Below, piece after piece: positions 40,261 to 49,984 of a DNA stretch of 64,000 bases. The notes under the pieces were generated by a model. That model was not told where the DNA came from. It searched no databases and saw nothing but the letters and a program-made list of their open reading frames with translations. Positions within the stretch are counted from its first letter, which is position 1. Each line of letters starts with the position of its first letter. Source of the DNA: Treponemataceae bacterium (GTDB lineage Bacteria > Spirochaetota > Spirochaetia > Treponematales > Rectinemataceae); assembly GCA_963678065.2 (NCBI GenBank), contig CAXXVZ010000002.1, forward strand, positions 576,001 to 640,000. Reading direction: 5' to 3'. The position numbers were made by a program, and so were the translations under genes.

Positions 40261-41652
40261 GATTCTTTCAAAACTCAGTAGCCTGTTTTGTAGAAAGGCA
40301 CGTTATTGTAACCGAAACTTTGTTTTGACACGGTGAAAATCATATTTCCACTAAAAAAGCCCTCTTTGTAGTGCCCTCGATGGACTACCCCTACAAAATC
40401 CGGTTCTGCCGGATTGCCCGGTTACGATTTCTGCAGTTCGGGAAGGATGAAGTACTGCAAAGCCTTGATGGCCGCCAGAACCACTACCCCGCACATGAGC
40501 AGGAATGATACTTTCTCAAATCCCCGTACAAATATCTGACCCGGTATGAGCCAATCCTTCAAATGCGAGTTTGCACGTTCAACCGTTGTCCTGATTGTGT
40601 ACCGCTCCTTCTGTGACGGCGAAAATGGTTCCCGTTCCGTCCCACGACGCGTATTCCGATCAATCAGCGGAACACGCCCACGTCCCTGGATATAGGTCGC
40701 GATGGGATCCGCATCGTATGCAGCGTCCATGACTGAATACAGATGTCGGACCTTTTTCTCTGTTATCTTTTCCAGAGGAATCGCTACTTGCGAATCATGA
40801 ACATTGGCGCCGGTTACGACTGCTGAAATAGGGAATCCTGTGTCGCTGACATCAAGGTGCAACTTGTATCCTTTCCATGTTTCCCTATTCCCCTGGCTGT
40901 TCTTCTTGCATCCCCATGCACAGTCTTTGGATAGTTCTGACAAGGATTTCCTGACGCTTTGGCCGACTTGCTTTTCTATCTGTGTCGGCTCCTTCACAGG
41001 CCGAACTTCTCCTTTTCGGGGACGACCTCGTTTCCGTTGCGGTGTCACGGAAGAAACAGCTTCACGTTTGGCAGGTACAGGTTTTTCTCGTGCTCGTATC
41101 TCCGTCGCATCCCGATTTATGTGTCCGACGATATGGCCGTCATGACAATCCTTCACCATGGTATTCAAAGTCTGAATCAGCGGAGTCTTTTTTGAAAACT
41201 CCGCGTAGCGACGCGAAAAGGTCGCAGAGCTTGGAACGGAGGTGAAGCCGCATATCCTCCGCAGATTCGGATCGTTGATCAGCCTGTTCCTAAGGTCCGT
41301 GACTGTCGCTATGTGGAATACCGTTCGGGCGAAAAACGCCCGCATGATCGGTTCGTTCCGATGTGGAGGACGGCCAGTCCGTGCACATGGTGATGTAATC
41401 CGTGGCTGAGCATCTTCAATGACTCTGAGCAGGGCGATAAAAAAGCGATGTTCGTCGGTGAGATATTCTTCGAAACATCGCTGGATATCGTAAGAAATCG
41501 GCAAAAGTATTTGCGCTCCGCCCAGTATTTCTGGTATGGTTTTCATCAGCGGGGGCTCCTCCTGGTGACGTTTGTGTTGCAACATCATCATACAGGTTCT
41601 GTCCCCGCTTTTCATCATAATTCATTCTGTTCTTGTGTTTTGAAAGAGCCTC
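40259..41652 (-). mobile_element. Complete insertion sequence, 1394 bp, DDE transposase (IS4/IS5-superfamily-like; family not resolved)
   Basis: Terminal IRs GAGATTCTTTCAAAAC (40259-40274) and reverse complement of 41637-41652 GAGGCTCTTTCAAAAC, 14/16 match; no target duplication. Confidence 0.88.
40422..41546 (-). CDS. DDE transposase
   Basis: 'PSSATFSR', 'RDATEI', 'GYKLHLDV', 'ANVHDSQ', 'MDAAYD', 'RTTVERANSHLK'; AGGAG before ATG 41546. Confidence 0.92.
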   Translation of the reverse strand: MKTIPEILGGAQILLPISYDIQRCFEEYLTDEHRFFIALLRVIEDAQPRITSPCARTGRPPHRNEPIMRAFFARTVFHIATVTDLRNRLINDPNLRRICGFTSVPSSATFSRRYAEFSKKTPLIQTLNTMVKDCHDGHIVGHINRDATEIRAREKPVPAKREAVSSVTPQRKRGRPRKGEVRPVKEPTQIEKQVGQSVRKSLSELSKDCAWGCKKNSQGNRETWKGYKLHLDVSDTGFPISAVVTGANVHDSQVAIPLEKITEKKVRHLYSVMDAAYDADPIATYIQGRGRVPLIDRNTRRGTEREPFSPSQKERYTIRTTVERANSHLKDWLIPGQIFVRGFEKVSFLLMCGVVVLAAIKALQYFILPELQKS

Positions 41653-41960
41653 CGTCATCAAATTATTCGACAAGAGGCAACGATAGGAGATGATCTCTTA
41701 CCGAATTGCCATCGTGTTGCCAGCTCATTGAAACGCTGGCTCTTGGGTACCCATCAAGGAGCGGTACATAGTGAAAATCTGCAGTATTATCTTGATGAAT
41801 TTACCTTCCGCTTTAACCATCGAACGTCTTCATCGAGAGAGAAATTGTTTTTTCGGTTGGTTCAGCAGGCCGTGCTGCTCGATCCGGTACCGCTTACATC
41901 ATTGAGAAGCACTCAAAAAACCCCAGACCTATAGTGTATAGGGGAGTCAGGGGCATAGCC
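41653..41960 (+). pseudogene. 3' remnant of an IS1595-family transposase plus probable right end
   Basis: Frame open from 41653: RHQ...LLPNCHRVASSLKRWLLGTHQGAV...LQYYLDEFTFRFNHR, stop at 41934; probable end ...GAGTCAGGGGCATAGCC. Confidence 0.85.
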
Positions 41961-42310
41961 CTAAATCCTTTTACTATCGCCTCCAAGGGATCCGATGGCA
42001 CGCCCCCCGCGCCGGACAGCTCGGCGAGGGTGAAAGGCAGAGGGAGCAGAAAAGCGGCCCTGCCTGCGAGCGATTCGGTGATTACCGCGGGACGTCCAAA
42101 CTGCCGCGGGCCCGTCACGACGAAGCGCCCGGCCTGGGATCCGCGTCCACGGCAATCTTCAGATACGCGAATCTCTCCAGGACATACTGAGCCTCGTCCA
42201 AGATGAGGCCATCGCGATAGCTGCCGAGAAGTTCCCCGGGGGTCCTCCCGCGCGAGCCGGGCGATATCCGGGTTCTCGAGCGAGAGGAAGGATTTCCCGG
42301 GAAAACCCTT
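41961..42310 (-). pseudogene. Frameshifted remnant of an AAA_14/DUF4143-type ATPase
   Basis: Fragments 'FLSLENPD..RLAREDPRG', 'ILDEAQY', 'PGRFVVTG', 'ITESLAGRAAFL..LPF' in alternating frames; limits approximate. Confidence 0.78.
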
Positions 42311-42426
42311 CCATAGACAGGAGGTGGAGGATCCCATATCATCGTTCACATGCGCGGGCGCATGATGGCAGCCCGTAAAAACCTCGTCCATACTGCTTCA
42401 GGTATGCATTTGTTGAGGGAAGACCC

Positions 42427-44466
42427 ATGGAATGTTCCAGGAAGATAGCGATTGTCACAAACACCCGAGGTTCTTCCTTGAGCCTGTTCTTGAGGAAGAA
42501 CCTGGAGTCGGTTCTGTCGGGTTATGCCGTGATAGAGAATCATTATATCGAGGAGCTGAAGGACGCAAGACATCTCGAGGCGGACGCGATCCTGGTCATG
42601 AATAAAAGCAAGGCCAGGCAAGTCCTGCCTTGGGTGGCCGACCCCTCCCGCCTCATAGTGATCCAGCGAACCATCCAGGAGAGTGAAGTCTATCCAATCT
42701 GTTCCATACCGATGGGAACCAGGGTTCTGGTCGTAAACGACAACGCCGAGACAACCCAGGAGCTGGCCGCGCTGTTGTACAAGCTCGATACAAACTCCTT
42801 GAATCTCGTCATCTACGAGGAGGGTCTTGAGTACCCGGATATCCACATAGCGATTACCCCAGGGGAAAGCTGGAGGGTTCCGACGAGTATAAGCACGGTG
42901 ATCGACATCGGGCATCGGTACATAGATATCTCGACATTCGTGAAGATCGTCGGCATGCTGAAGCTCTACGAGGGCGAGATAAGCCAAAGGATCCTGAAGT
43001 ATTCGGAAAACTTGGTCGATCTGGATTCCGGGATAAAGGCCCAGTACCGCGAGCTCTTCCTGAAGAACGTCGAGCTCGATACCGTCGTGAACCTGTCGCA
43101 CGAAGGCATCCTGCTTCTCGATAACGGCGGTAACATAAACCTCTGCAACAGGAGCCTCTGCGGGATGCTGGAGATAGGCATGGAGGTACGCGGCATGCCC
43201 GCCAGGGATGTCATGCCACAGGGAATGATTCCAATGATGGCGCAGGAACGCATCGAGGATGAAGTTTTCGAGTACAAAGACCGCTCGTTCATGATAAACA
43301 AGCGAAATATCGAGCATTTCGGCGAAATAGCGGGATCCTATTGCAATATACAAGAAGTGACGTATATCCGGCAGCTGGAGCAGAACCTGTCGCGGAAGCT
43401 GCAGCAGAAAGGTCTGTTGGCCCGATACAGCTTCGACGACATCAAGACACTCTCTCCCGAAATGCGCAAGTGCATCGACCTGGCGCGCGAAATAGCGCGG
43501 TCGGACCTGACTGTGCTCATCACCGGAGAGAGCGGCACGGGGAAGGAGCTCCTCGCCCAGTCCATCCATAATACATCCGGCAGGGCGAAGCATCCGTTCG
43601 TGGCGTTCAATTGCGCTGCGGTCTCCGAAAGCCTTATGGAAAGCGAACTCTTCGGCTATGAAGGCGGTTCGTTTACGGGCGCCCTTAAGGATGGCAAGGC
43701 TGGACTGTTCGAGCAGGCGCATCATGGAACCGTACTGCTCGACGAAATCGGTGACATGCCATTGCCCCTTCAAGTGAAAATTCTCCGGGTTCTCCAGGAA
43801 CGACAGATCATGCGTGTCGGATCCCAACGTGTCACCAATATTGATCTTCGAATCATAGCGGCCACGAACCACGACCTGCGACAACGGATCAAGACGGGGA
43901 CCTTCAGGGAAGACTTGTATTACAGACTCAATGTGCTGCCCCTCTGCGTTCCGCCATTGCGTGAGCGCACCGGCGATGTCCTGTACTTGCTCGATCACTT
44001 CCTGAAGCAGAACGCCAAACGCGAGTACGAATTATTGTCGGATGCCAAGGCCGTTCTTCTCAGATGTCGGTGGCCCGGGAATATCCGGGAATTGGCCAAT
44101 GTCGCGTCCTACATTTCGTTCATGGCCCAGAGACAGATCTCGATCGCTCATCTGCCGCACTATCTGATCGACGACAGGGACAGCTTCGAGGCTGAGCGCG
44201 AAAACCTGTCATGTCATTGCGACTTCAACATCGCACTCAAGGTGCTGGATGTCCTGGCCGGGCTTGCCGCCCGGGAATCGGGCGCCGGCAGGAACACGCT
44301 TCGCGAGAATTTGCTGCGGTCCGGTGTATGCCTTGCCGAAGGGGAGACCAGAAGGCTGTTGACCGTGCTCGGCAGCGGCGGGCTGATACGGTCGAGCGTT
44401 GGGCGAAGGGGCAGCGAGATCACGCCGAAGGGCGAAGCGTTCCGGCGTTGGGCTCGAGACACGTAA
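42427..44466 (+). CDS. Sigma-54-dependent transcriptional activator (sensor/PAS - AAA+ - winged HTH)
   Basis: Walker A 'GESGTGKE', 'ESELFGYEGGSFTGA', Walker B 'LLDEIGD', 'FREDLYYRL', 'WPGNIREL'. Confidence 0.93.
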   Translation: MECSRKIAIVTNTRGSSLSLFLRKNLESVLSGYAVIENHYIEELKDARHLEADAILVMNKSKARQVLPWVADPSRLIVIQRTIQESEVYPICSIPMGTRVLVVNDNAETTQELAALLYKLDTNSLNLVIYEEGLEYPDIHIAITPGESWRVPTSISTVIDIGHRYIDISTFVKIVGMLKLYEGEISQRILKYSENLVDLDSGIKAQYRELFLKNVELDTVVNLSHEGILLLDNGGNINLCNRSLCGMLEIGMEVRGMPARDVMPQGMIPMMAQERIEDEVFEYKDRSFMINKRNIEHFGEIAGSYCNIQEVTYIRQLEQNLSRKLQQKGLLARYSFDDIKTLSPEMRKCIDLAREIARSDLTVLITGESGTGKELLAQSIHNTSGRAKHPFVAFNCAAVSESLMESELFGYEGGSFTGALKDGKAGLFEQAHHGTVLLDEIGDMPLPLQVKILRVLQERQIMRVGSQRVTNIDLRIIAATNHDLRQRIKTGTFREDLYYRLNVLPLCVPPLRERTGDVLYLLDHFLKQNAKREYELLSDAKAVLLRCRWPGNIRELANVASYISFMAQRQISIAHLPHYLIDDRDSFEAERENLSCHCDFNIALKVLDVLAGLAARESGAGRNTLRENLLRSGVCLAEGETRRLLTVLGSGGLIRSSVGRRGSEITPKGEAFRRWARDT

Positions 44467-44479
44467 TCCTGGCGGCGCT

Positions 44480-45679
44480 TCAGTCAGGCTGGATCTCTTT
44501 TCGCTCGAAGACTTCATGTACCTCGTGGATAAGAGTTGGGTCCGAGAACAGGTCGACAACCGTCATGCCCATCGCCTTGGCGCCCGCCGCGATCGCCCTC
44601 CCGGCTGATTTCCCGACGCATGCTTCCGCGAATCCCACGGTATGCGGTTCTATGCCCGGTTCTACCTTGATGTAACAGTGCAGTCCGGGCAGACTCCGCG
44701 TGACATTCCCCATATCGGTCGATCCAAGTCCGGCTCCCTTGGGCATCGGTATGACTTCTTCTCCCGCGAGGGATAGATTGGCGGCCATCAAGCCCTTGAG
44801 CACGGGGTTGTTCATGATTGAATCGTACCCCTTGCCGACGCGCTCTATGTCGACCGATACCCCCATCCCCAGGGCAGCGGCTGTGGCGCATTGGCGTACC
44901 CGGTCGATCAGTTCCTCGAGGTAATCCCTGCCGGTCGCCCTGATACCGAAATGCGCTTCCGCGTATTCGGGGATAATATTCACGACAGTGCCGCCATTCA
45001 CGATTATTCCATTGATCCTGGACGGTTCCCGCAGCTGGCACCTCCATGCGTTGATCAGGTTGAACGTCTGGATGACAGCCTCCAGCGCGTTCGCTCCGCT
45101 CCATGGCGAGACGGTTGCGTGGGCCGGCTTGCCGGAATACCGGACGATCAGCCGTATGCTGGCCAGTGAAGAATCGTCGACCCTGGTATGGGTAGAGGGG
45201 TGAATCATCATTGCGCAATCGACTCCAGTGAAGCACCCTTTGGACACGAGTATGCCCTTGCCTCCACCGCGTTCCTCGGCCGGGGTTCCCACGAGAACGA
45301 CCGTGCCGTTCATCTCGCTCTCCCGCAGAACCCGCTTCGCCGCAAGTGCCGCGCCGACGCTCATGGCAGCGATCATGTTGTGCCCGCATGCATGGCCGAT
45401 CTCCGGCAGCGCATCGTATTCCGCGAGTATCGCGACGACAGGGCCGCCCTTTCCATTGGCACTCGCCGCCCTGAATGCGGTATCAAGTCCGCCTGTGCCG
45501 CGCTCGATGGCAAAACCGTCCCGCTCGAGAATCGAGAGTATCCGTTCGCAAGCCTTGAACTCTTTGAATGCGGTTTCCGGATTATCGTGAAGATATCCGC
45601 TCAGGTCGCATAATGCCGGCAAACATTCGTCGACGACGCTCATAATCCTCGCCTTGAGCATGGCACTATCCCCATTCAT
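44480..45679 (-). CDS. M20-family amidohydrolase (AbgB/PM20D2-like)
   Basis: 'AEYDALP', 'HACGHN', 'GTPAEE', 'GSTDMGNV', 'PHT'. Confidence 0.92.
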   Translation of the reverse strand: MNGDSAMLKARIMSVVDECLPALCDLSGYLHDNPETAFKEFKACERILSILERDGFAIERGTGGLDTAFRAASANGKGGPVVAILAEYDALPEIGHACGHNMIAAMSVGAALAAKRVLRESEMNGTVVLVGTPAEERGGGKGILVSKGCFTGVDCAMMIHPSTHTRVDDSSLASIRLIVRYSGKPAHATVSPWSGANALEAVIQTFNLINAWRCQLREPSRINGIIVNGGTVVNIIPEYAEAHFGIRATGRDYLEELIDRVRQCATAAALGMGVSVDIERVGKGYDSIMNNPVLKGLMAANLSLAGEEVIPMPKGAGLGSTDMGNVTRSLPGLHCYIKVEPGIEPHTVGFAEACVGKSAGRAIAAGAKAMGMTVVDLFSDPTLIHEVHEVFERKEIQPD

Positions 45680-46482
45680 GATAGTTTCTCCATGACAGGG
45701 GCCACGGTCTGGCGGAAATGCGGGTCGTTCCCTGCGATTATTTCCATGAAGCCCTTGAAGATCTCGAGCATCACAGGGTGCTTCTCGAACATCATTTCAG
45801 GATGCCATTGTACAGCCACTATAGGAGTCCCTCCATGACGTTCGATCCCCTCCACTATGCCATCCTGGGCTTTCGCGCTGATGATAAAGCCTTCTGCCAG
45901 GTCCTTTACCGCCAGGTGATGAAAACTGTTAGTCACGATCAGGGCTTCTCCAAAGACGTCACCGAGGAAGGTCCCCCGATCCAGTGAGACTTCATGCCCG
46001 GGGGAATGCCTTCTGCTCTTCTGGGTATGTTGCACATAGCTGAGCGGCACGAGCGAGACATCTTGATGGAGCGTGCCGCCGAAAGCGATATTCAGTATCT
46101 GAAGCCCGCGGCAAATCCCCAGCATGGGTTTTCCAGCCCTGTCCGCCAAGTGTATCGCGGCCAATTGGTGCTCATCCACTTCGGGAAAGATGAAGCCTGC
46201 CATCCTCCTCGGATTCTCACCGTACAGAAGAGGGTTCGGGTCGTAGCCTCCGGACAGAACCAGAGCGTCGACCGATTCGATTTGGCGACGGATTGCTTTC
46301 GTGTTTTTGACAACAGGAAGAAGAACGGGAATTCCGCCAGCAGCGTCGATGGCGGCTACATAGTCATGATTGACGTAAGATCGTTCCATACCGGGGAATG
46401 TTCCAGAGTCCATCACCAGTATGTTTGACAGGATGCCGATTATCGGTGCGTCGCGGAGAGTGGAGTCGTCTTGTTCAGGCAT
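45676..46482 (-). CDS. Gamma-glutamyl-gamma-aminobutyrate hydrolase family (peptidase C26, PuuD-like)
   Basis: 'LSGGYD', catalytic 'GICRG', 'NSFHH', 'QWHPE'. Confidence 0.92.
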   Translation of the reverse strand: MPEQDDSTLRDAPIIGILSNILVMDSGTFPGMERSYVNHDYVAAIDAAGGIPVLLPVVKNTKAIRRQIESVDALVLSGGYDPNPLLYGENPRRMAGFIFPEVDEHQLAAIHLADRAGKPMLGICRGLQILNIAFGGTLHQDVSLVPLSYVQHTQKSRRHSPGHEVSLDRGTFLGDVFGEALIVTNSFHHLAVKDLAEGFIISAKAQDGIVEGIERHGGTPIVAVQWHPEMMFEKHPVMLEIFKGFMEIIAGNDPHFRQTVAPVMEKLS

Positions 46483-46514
46483 TTGCTTTTCTCCTCTTCG
46501 ATGAACTCCTGATA

Positions 46515-46530
46515 TGCAAAGGTCATGCCA
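46515..46530 (-). promoter_or_regulatory. Sigma-54 (-24/-12) promoter for the C26-M20 operon
   Basis: Minus strand TGGCATGACCTTTGCA (GG-N10-GC), 32 nt before the start codon. Confidence 0.8.
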
Positions 46531-46954
46531 TCTGCAAAAATGACGAAGATAATTTTTTTAAAGGCTTTGTGTATCGAATAATCGAGTTTTTTGGGGGTAT
46601 AAACGTATTTCTTCATGCCTGCCCGGATAGCCCGTTTGGGAAAAAACGGCATTTGTGCAGGTAAATAGGCAGATGATACTCATATACAAAAAGAGTTAAT
46701 TTTAAAATATTGAATGTAAACTTCATAAATGCAATTACCAATAGAAATAGCTATAATATGAAAACAGATGGAGTGATGGTTTCATTGAATTAATGGGTTT
46801 TTAATAGGCGGAATTTTGTTCCTATTTACTTTTCGCAGTCCCGGGCAGATTTTTTTTTGCATCCAAATAGCAAAAAACGTACCGAATCGAGTGAATTCAT
46901 GAGTAAACCTTCCTGTTTCCCCTCCGCGATGCTTTTTCAGTGCGTTATTGATGA

Positions 46955-46970
46955 TGGCATGATTCTTGCT
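46955..46970 (+). promoter_or_regulatory. Sigma-54 (-24/-12) promoter for the opp operon
   Basis: TGGCATGATTCTTGCT (GG-N10-GC). Confidence 0.8.
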
Positions 46971-47232
46971 CGAATCATTATAGTCATGGTCTTTCCCGTC
47001 CTCCCTGAAAGAGGGCGCACAGGCTGTTCCAAGGTCATCTTGCGGGTTCGGCAATGAAGGCTGCCAGGCCACGCGATTCACAAGGAGGTTTCTGCGTGAA
47101 AAGAGGTTTTATGGTTCTTCCCGGTATCGCGCGCATTCCCGGCGCGGATACTATCGCCTTCGGCGAGTCAAGCAAGCCTCTCTCGGAGATAGCCACAGGT
47201 ATGAACGATTTCCATATTCCGGAGGAAAACCT

Positions 47233-48948
47233 ATGAAAAGAAGACTGCTCATGATGATGCTCGCAAGCATATTGGCGCTCTCGACAGTATCGGCCAATGG
47301 CCCCAAGATCATAAATCTTTCCCTCACAGCGCCGGCATCGACACTGAATGCCTATGTGACGGAGTTGAGCGAAATTGAAATCATCGATTACGTGCAGGCC
47401 TGTTTGTACCAGTGGGTGCCCAGTGCCGACAGGAAGTCCCATTTCCTGAATTCGGAGCTGGCTTCAGGGAAACCGACTGTGAACGCAGATGGAACCACTT
47501 GGCAGATAAAGATCAATCCCAAGGCCAAATGGGCCAATGGCGACCCGATTACCGCGGACTCTTTCATATATTCCTGGAAAATGGCTTTGGATCCCAAAAT
47601 GCTCAATACGCCAGGTGGCCCGACCTGTGGAAAGAACTATATAACCGTTAAAAACGCCCTTGAGTATTATACCCAGGTCTCGACCGGCAAGGCTGTGGCG
47701 TGGGCAGACGTCGGCCTGAAAAAAGTCGATAGCACAACGCTCTCCATCACGACAGAAGGGAAGTTCACGCAGAGGGAAGTCATGCAGCACTTCGCCTGGC
47801 GGACAACAGGTCCGGTGTATGAAAAGCTTTTCGAGGCTGGAATGGATGCCTCGAGGCGTACCACGCAATATGGAACCAGTATAGATAAATACATGCCTTC
47901 AGGGCCATTCAAAATCAAAAGCTGGACTGCGGGGGCCGATATCGTTCTTGAGAGGAACCCCCAATATTTGCATGACGAGATCATCAATCTGGACGGCATG
48001 AAATGGCGAGTCGTAGCTGACGCCGGCACGAGGCTTCAACTGTTCGAAAAAGGCGAGCTGGATTACGTTCCCCTGTCTGTCAGCACCATCGCCAAGTACG
48101 AAGACGATCCCCGGCTCGTTATGTATGATACCCCAAACATCCGGTGCATCGAAATAAACAGAACGAATCCCGACAAGCCCATACTGCACAACAAGAAATT
48201 CCTGACGGCTCTGTATTACGCGATGGACAGGCAGGCGATGGCCAGACTTGTCTATGCCATCCCCGCGCCACTCATAATCTCCACCAGGTCCATCGCCCTG
48301 GACGACGGTACGAAGTACCGGGCGTTGGCGATCGCGAAAGCCAACGTTCCGGAGAATTATGGGTATAATCCCAAACTGGCCAAGGAGTATTTCGACAAGG
48401 CCATGGCGGAAGAAAAACTGACCAAGCTTACTCTGCAGCTTAATTACTTCGAAACGATCGATGCCACAAAAGTGCTGTCCGAGTACTTGCAGAAACGCCT
48501 CGTCCAGGTTTTCGGTCCGGATAAGTTCGAGCTCAAGCTTCAGGGATTAACCACAGCTCTGGATATCATGAAAGCCTCGTTATCCAAGCAGCCCGCCTCC
48601 TACGAGCTTTCCTGGATGGGCTGGGCGCTCACCGCCGAATCCTTCTCGCCAGCCGCGAAATTCCAGGTTTATACGAGCAACTCCTCGCGCAGGGTCGCCA
48701 ATTACGGCAACAAGGAAATCGACGCGCTGTACGAAGAGGCCATCAGCGATGCGGTCAGAAGCGATGATGAGAAAGTCGTGAAGCTTGCCGCGAAGATGGA
48801 AAAGATATTCCTCGATGAAGTGCTGAGTGTGCCTGTCATCCAGGTTCAGAACTATGTGTTGATCTCCGACAGGATCAAAACTGCATGCATCGAGAATCAG
48901 CCCGGCTTCGCTACCTGGGGCTGGGAATTCGCGGATATAGTAAAATGA
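47233..48948 (+). CDS. oppA: Oligopeptide ABC transporter substrate-binding protein (family 5)
   Basis: Signal peptide, 'AKWANGDPITADSFIYSW', 'SGPFKI', 'LERNPQY'; GGAGG RBS. Confidence 0.9.
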   Translation: MKRRLLMMMLASILALSTVSANGPKIINLSLTAPASTLNAYVTELSEIEIIDYVQACLYQWVPSADRKSHFLNSELASGKPTVNADGTTWQIKINPKAKWANGDPITADSFIYSWKMALDPKMLNTPGGPTCGKNYITVKNALEYYTQVSTGKAVAWADVGLKKVDSTTLSITTEGKFTQREVMQHFAWRTTGPVYEKLFEAGMDASRRTTQYGTSIDKYMPSGPFKIKSWTAGADIVLERNPQYLHDEIINLDGMKWRVVADAGTRLQLFEKGELDYVPLSVSTIAKYEDDPRLVMYDTPNIRCIEINRTNPDKPILHNKKFLTALYYAMDRQAMARLVYAIPAPLIISTRSIALDDGTKYRALAIAKANVPENYGYNPKLAKEYFDKAMAEEKLTKLTLQLNYFETIDATKVLSEYLQKRLVQVFGPDKFELKLQGLTTALDIMKASLSKQPASYELSWMGWALTAESFSPAAKFQVYTSNSSRRVANYGNKEIDALYEEAISDAVRSDDEKVVKLAAKMEKIFLDEVLSVPVIQVQNYVLISDRIKTACIENQPGFATWGWEFADIVK

Positions 48949-49033
48949 CGGACTCCTGAACACTGTGGCAGTACAACGGCGATGGCGATATCCCGTTGTA
49001 TCGTATCCCACTCTCAGGCAGGAGAAAAGAATC

Positions 49034-49984
49034 ATGACCAGGTACCTCATAGAGCGCATTTTCGCTATGCTCCTCACATTGTTCATCATCTTGACCATCA
49101 GCTTCGCCGTCGTGAGGCTGATGCCCGGCAGCGTTTACGATAATCCGGAATTGCCGGACAATGTCATCGAAGCCCTGGAAAAGAGCGCTCACCTGGATCA
49201 GCCCATGATCATTCAATACGGATACTACCTGAAAGGCATCGTATTGGAAAACGACTGGGGCACCTCCGTCAAGATCGAGCCGGCAGTCCCCGCATTCGAG
49301 GTTTTGAGGAAACGGATACCCGCGTCTCTCGGCGTTAACCTGATCGCCCTGTTCATCTCGATTCCCCTCGGCATCATAGCGGGCACCGCGGCAGCCTTGA
49401 AGAAAAACAGGATGACCGATACCGTCATTTCCTTCCTGGTAGTCATCTGCATTTCCGTTCCTTCGTTTGTCTTCGCGGCGATGCTGCAGTATTTCTTCGC
49501 GTTCAAGCTCGGCTGGTTTCCACTCCTGTACGAGGCTACGGGCAGCCTGGGACTGAGGCTGTATTCCATCGTCGTGCCGGTCATCGCGCTGGCTCTCGGG
49601 CCGATCGCCACTATCACCAGGTATCTTCGGGGCGAACTGATCGAAACCCTCGGCTCTGAGTTCATGCTGCTGGCCCAGACCAAGGGATTGACCCGCGTGC
49701 ATGCGACGGTGAGGCATGCGTTTCGGAATTCCTGCGTTCCCCTCGTCAACATCATACTTCCGATGTTTACCAACATCCTGGGCGGTTCGCTCGTCGTGGA
49801 AAAGATATTCTCCATCCCCGGAGTGGGCAGCATCATGATAAATTCCATCAACAGCAACGATTACTCTCTGACTGTCGCCGTTCTGATATTCTATTCGCTC
49901 GTCTCGCTGGTAACGATGCTGATCGTCGACATCACATACGGAATCGTCGATCCCCGCATCAGGCTGGGAGGGAAGTCACGATGA
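49034..49984 (+). CDS. oppB: Oligopeptide ABC transporter permease
   Basis: 'RLMPGS', 'AQTKGL', 'GGSLVVEKIFSIPGVG', 'VDPRIR'. Confidence 0.93.
   Translation: MTRYLIERIFAMLLTLFIILTISFAVVRLMPGSVYDNPELPDNVIEALEKSAHLDQPMIIQYGYYLKGIVLENDWGTSVKIEPAVPAFEVLRKRIPASLGVNLIALFISIPLGIIAGTAAALKKNRMTDTVISFLVVICISVPSFVFAAMLQYFFAFKLGWFPLLYEATGSLGLRLYSIVVPVIALALGPIATITRYLRGELIETLGSEFMLLAQTKGLTRVHATVRHAFRNSCVPLVNIILPMFTNILGGSLVVEKIFSIPGVGSIMINSINSNDYSLTVAVLIFYSLVSLVTMLIVDITYGIVDPRIRLGGKSR

Noticed and set aside
42346..43998. 550-aa antisense ORF, and similar long antisense ORFs (594-1868, 3423-4742, 8115-9455, 30487-31836)
   Set aside because: They are shadows of well-supported genes on the opposite strand, expected in GC-rich DNA, and show no family motifs.
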